From assembly GCA_040222015.1 (NCBI GenBank), contig JAVJWO010000192.1, positions 33,013 to 97,012 of the forward strand: a DNA stretch of 64,000 nucleotides. Reading direction: 5' to 3'. Position numbers and translations under genes: made by a program. This document shows, one piece after another, positions 61,281 to 64,000 of the stretch (its first letter is position 1; every line of letters begins with the position of its first letter). The notes under the pieces were generated by a model, which was given only the letters and a program-made list of their open reading frames with translations, was not told the DNA's origin and ran no database searches. This DNA comes from Coleofasciculus chthonoplastes F2-STO-03. Lineage in GTDB: Bacteria; Cyanobacteriota; Cyanobacteriia; Cyanobacteriales; Coleofasciculaceae.

Positions 61281-64000
61281 CTACGGGGCAGAAACCTGAC
61301 AATTGACCGAATTTTGCCAACCGCCGTGAGGCGTTCCATTAGGAACATAAGCCGTCAACACCACATTTCCTTCAGCATCAATAATCCAACCTTGGGCTTC
61401 GATAATCTGTTTGGGAGGATGAGAAATAGGAGAATTATTCCCGTCTACTTGTCCTTCTATTTCCTCATCTTCTTCCCTGGGTATCACCATGCCAAAATCA
61501 TCTTGTACTAAATCAGGACTGAATAAATCCGTCGGGTTTTCAGGTAAACCACCTCGTCCAGTGACAGTAAATTGACTCTGACGATTACTAGCAGCACAGG
61601 TTTGGTTAATTTGTCCAGAGGGATCAACTAAAGTGCTGGGTAATTGAGTCAGTCCCCGACTGGGGTCAAGGGATACATTGCGTATGACTTGACCAGGATT
61701 GCCAAACTGAGAACTGGCATCAATATCATTAGTACGATTTCCCTCAATGGCGGGACGTTCTTCAATGCCGAAAATGCCTTCACCTGTAATGGTAATCCGA
61801 CCCCCATCACCCCGTTCAGCACTGGCAATAATATCACTGCCGTTAACACCTTCTGGGGGTAAAGCTAAAATAAAAATGCTTTCTATGTCAATATTACCGC
61901 CATTGGCATCACCAGAGGCTTTGGCAGAAATCAGGCTTTCATTGGTCATAATTAACGTGTCTAAGTTTTGTAGACTAATATTCGCCCCGCCTTCTACACC
62001 ACTGATTCCAGTTTCTGCGGTGAGTTGACCTTGGTCTAACTGTAGGGAGTTTGCCTGAATCGTTAGATTTCCGGCTTGTCCAGAAGGACTACTCACAGTT
62101 ACAATTGCCCCATCTCGAATAGCCATACGCCCCGTGTTAACGGTTAAATTGCCAGCAATACCGCCTTGAGTGGCTTCAACAGATAGACCACCTACTCCAT
62201 TTAAGTCTACTGATTCAGTGGCATTGATACTTAAACTTCCGGCTGTACCTGTTTGACGGGTTTCGGCAGAAATACCAGCGCCATTATTCAAGGTTAAAGT
62301 CTTAGTTGCAATTTCTACCCCCCCAGAATTCCCCTGGGCTCCCGATTCGACTATACTTGAAATACCACTGATAAATCCTTGAGTATCTTTCCCATCTAAT
62401 AAGATATTATCAGTCGCTCGAATTACGACCGAACCTGCATCTCCTTCTCCCAATGTAGAGGCAGAAATACCAGCGCCATTATTCAAGGTTAAAGACCCAC
62501 TCTCGATTTCTACTCCTCCAGAACTCCCCTGCGCTCCCGATTCCACTATACTTGAAATACCACTGATAAATCCTTGAGTATTTTCCCCATCTAATAGGAT
62601 GCTATCAGTCGCCCGAATTACGACCGAACCTGCATCTCCTTCTCCAAAAGTAGTGGCAGAAATACCAGCGCCATTATTCAACGTTAAAGAGCCACTCTCA
62701 ATCTCTACTCCCCCAGAATTACCCTTGGCTCCCGATTCGACTGCACTAAAAACACCACTACCTAATCCTTGGCTATTTTCCCCATCTAATACAATGCTAT
62801 CAGTCGCTCGAATTAAAACCTGACCAGCATCTCCTTTTCCCCAAGTAGTGGCAGAAATACCAGCACCATTATTTAACCTCAACGACTGACTCTCAATGTC
62901 CACTCCTCCAGAATTCCCCTGGGCTCCCGATGCTACTTCACTCAACACACTACTACCGAATCCTTGTCTACTTTCACCATCCAATAAGATATTATCAGTC
63001 GCTCGAATTACAACTGAACCTGCATCTCCTTCTCCCAATGTAGAGGCAGAAATACCAGCACCATTATTTAACGTCAACGACTGACTCTCAATGTCCACTC
63101 CTCCAGAATTTCCCTGGGCTCCCGATGCTACTTCACTCAACACACTACTACCGAATCCTTGACTATTTTCTCCATCCAATAAGATATTATCAGCCGCTCG
63201 AATTACGACCTGACCTGCATCTCCTTCTCCAAAAGTAGTGGCAGAAATTATAGCGCCATTATTCAAGGTTAAAGACCCACTTTCAATTTCTACTCCTCCA
63301 GAATTCCCCTGGGCTCCCAATTCGACTGCACTAAAAACACCACTACCTAATCCTTGAGTATTTTCCCCATCCAATAAGATATTATCAGTCGCTCGAATTA
63401 CGACCTGACCTGCATCTCCTTCTCCAAAAGTAGTGGCAGAAATTTCAGCACCATTATTCAACGTTAAAGACTGACTCTCAATTTCCACTCCCCCAGAATT
63501 CCCCTGCGCTCCCGATGCTACTTCACTAAACACACCACTGTTGAATCCATGAGTATTTTCCCCATCTAATATAAGGCTATCAGTCGCTCGAATTACGACC
63601 GAACCTGCATCTCCTTCTCCTAAGGTAGAGGCAGAAATACCAGCGCCATTATTCAAGGTTAAAGTCCTAGTCGCAATTTCTACCCCCCCAGAATTCCCTT
63701 TTGCTTCTGATTCCACTAGACTTGAAATACCACTGATAAATCCTTGAGTATTTTCCCCATCTAATAGGATGCTATCAGTCGCCCGAATTACGACCGAACC
63801 TGCATCTCCTTCTCCAAAAGTAGTGGCAGAAATACCAGCGCCATTATTCAATGTCAAAGATCCACTTTCGATTTCTACTCCTCCAGAATTCCCCTTGGCT
63901 CCCGATTCGACTGTACTACCAACACCACTGCCGAATCCTTGTCTATTTTCCCCATCTAATATGATGCTATCAGTTGCCCGAATCACAACCTGACCTGCAT
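61281..64000 (-). CDS. Filamentous haemagglutinin-like (TpsA-type) exoprotein, 5' end outside the window
   Basis: About 11 tandem 54-aa repeats (GNSGGVEIESGSLTLNNGAGISATTFGEGDAG), FTVTGRGGLP, EAQGW and a terminal Cys. Confidence 0.9.
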   Translation of the reverse strand, partial: AGQVVIRATDSIILDGENRQGFGSGVGSTVESGAKGNSGGVEIESGSLTLNNGAGISATTFGEGDAGSVVIRATDSILLDGENTQGFISGISSLVESEAKGNSGGVEIATRTLTLNNGAGISASTLGEGDAGSVVIRATDSLILDGENTHGFNSGVFSEVASGAQGNSGGVEIESQSLTLNNGAEISATTFGEGDAGQVVIRATDNILLDGENTQGLGSGVFSAVELGAQGNSGGVEIESGSLTLNNGAIISATTFGEGDAGQVVIRAADNILLDGENSQGFGSSVLSEVASGAQGNSGGVDIESQSLTLNNGAGISASTLGEGDAGSVVIRATDNILLDGESRQGFGSSVLSEVASGAQGNSGGVDIESQSLRLNNGAGISATTWGKGDAGQVLIRATDSIVLDGENSQGLGSGVFSAVESGAKGNSGGVEIESGSLTLNNGAGISATTFGEGDAGSVVIRATDSILLDGENTQGFISGISSIVESGAQGSSGGVEIESGSLTLNNGAGISASTLGEGDAGSVVIRATDNILLDGKDTQGFISGISSIVESGAQGNSGGVEIATKTLTLNNGAGISAETRQTGTAGSLSINATESVDLNGVGGLSVEATQGGIAGNLTVNTGRMAIRDGAIVTVSSPSGQAGNLTIQANSLQLDQGQLTAETGISGVEGGANISLQNLDTLIMTNESLISAKASGDANGGNIDIESIFILALPPEGVNGSDIIASAERGDGGRITITGEGIFGIEERPAIEGNRTNDIDASSQFGNPGQVIRNVSLDPSRGLTQLPSTLVDPSGQINQTCAASNRQSQFTVTGRGGLPENPTDLFSPDLVQDDFGMVIPREEDEEIEGQVDGNNSPISHPPKQIIEAQGWIIDAEGNVVLTAYVPNGTPHGGWQNSVNCQVSAP

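Overview
Chromosomal window from a filamentous cyanobacterium, inferred from frequent HIP1 GCGATCGC octamers, 7-9-mer short tandem repeats, GTAG-ended REP-like palindromes and psb35, tocopherol cyclase and xisI genes. 1-18.3 kb is an AT-rich, minus-strand Wzm/Wzt-dependent surface-glycan locus (glycosyl-, methyl-, sulfo-, pyruvyl- and fucosyltransferases) ending in an RTX Ca-binding protein. It is scarred by an ISL3 element that joins remnants of two different genes and by an A14 frameshift. 18.6-23.8 kb holds housekeeping genes (GNAT, group 2 sigma factor, argD, flippase-like protein). 23.9-38.7 kb is a minus-strand envelope-modification block: FAAL, acyl-CoA/ACP dehydrogenase, ACP, MBOAT ending in FIYFEF and an SGNH/DltD-like protein form a Dlt-like relay that appears to use a fatty acyl donor, followed by NDH-2, two HTTM/DCC membrane proteins, GT39 and GT2. 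At 40.4-41.3 kb a tRNA-Arg(CCU) is split by an 868-nt group I intron that encodes a LAGLIDADG homing endonuclease. 44.7-46.5 kb is a HIP1-delimited set of toxin-antitoxin-type remnants. The rest is PBP1A, psb35, murD, a secreted beta-helix protein, glyS, Uma2, a CHASE2 cyclase and a partial haemagglutinin-like gene. All calls come from motif recognition without database searches.
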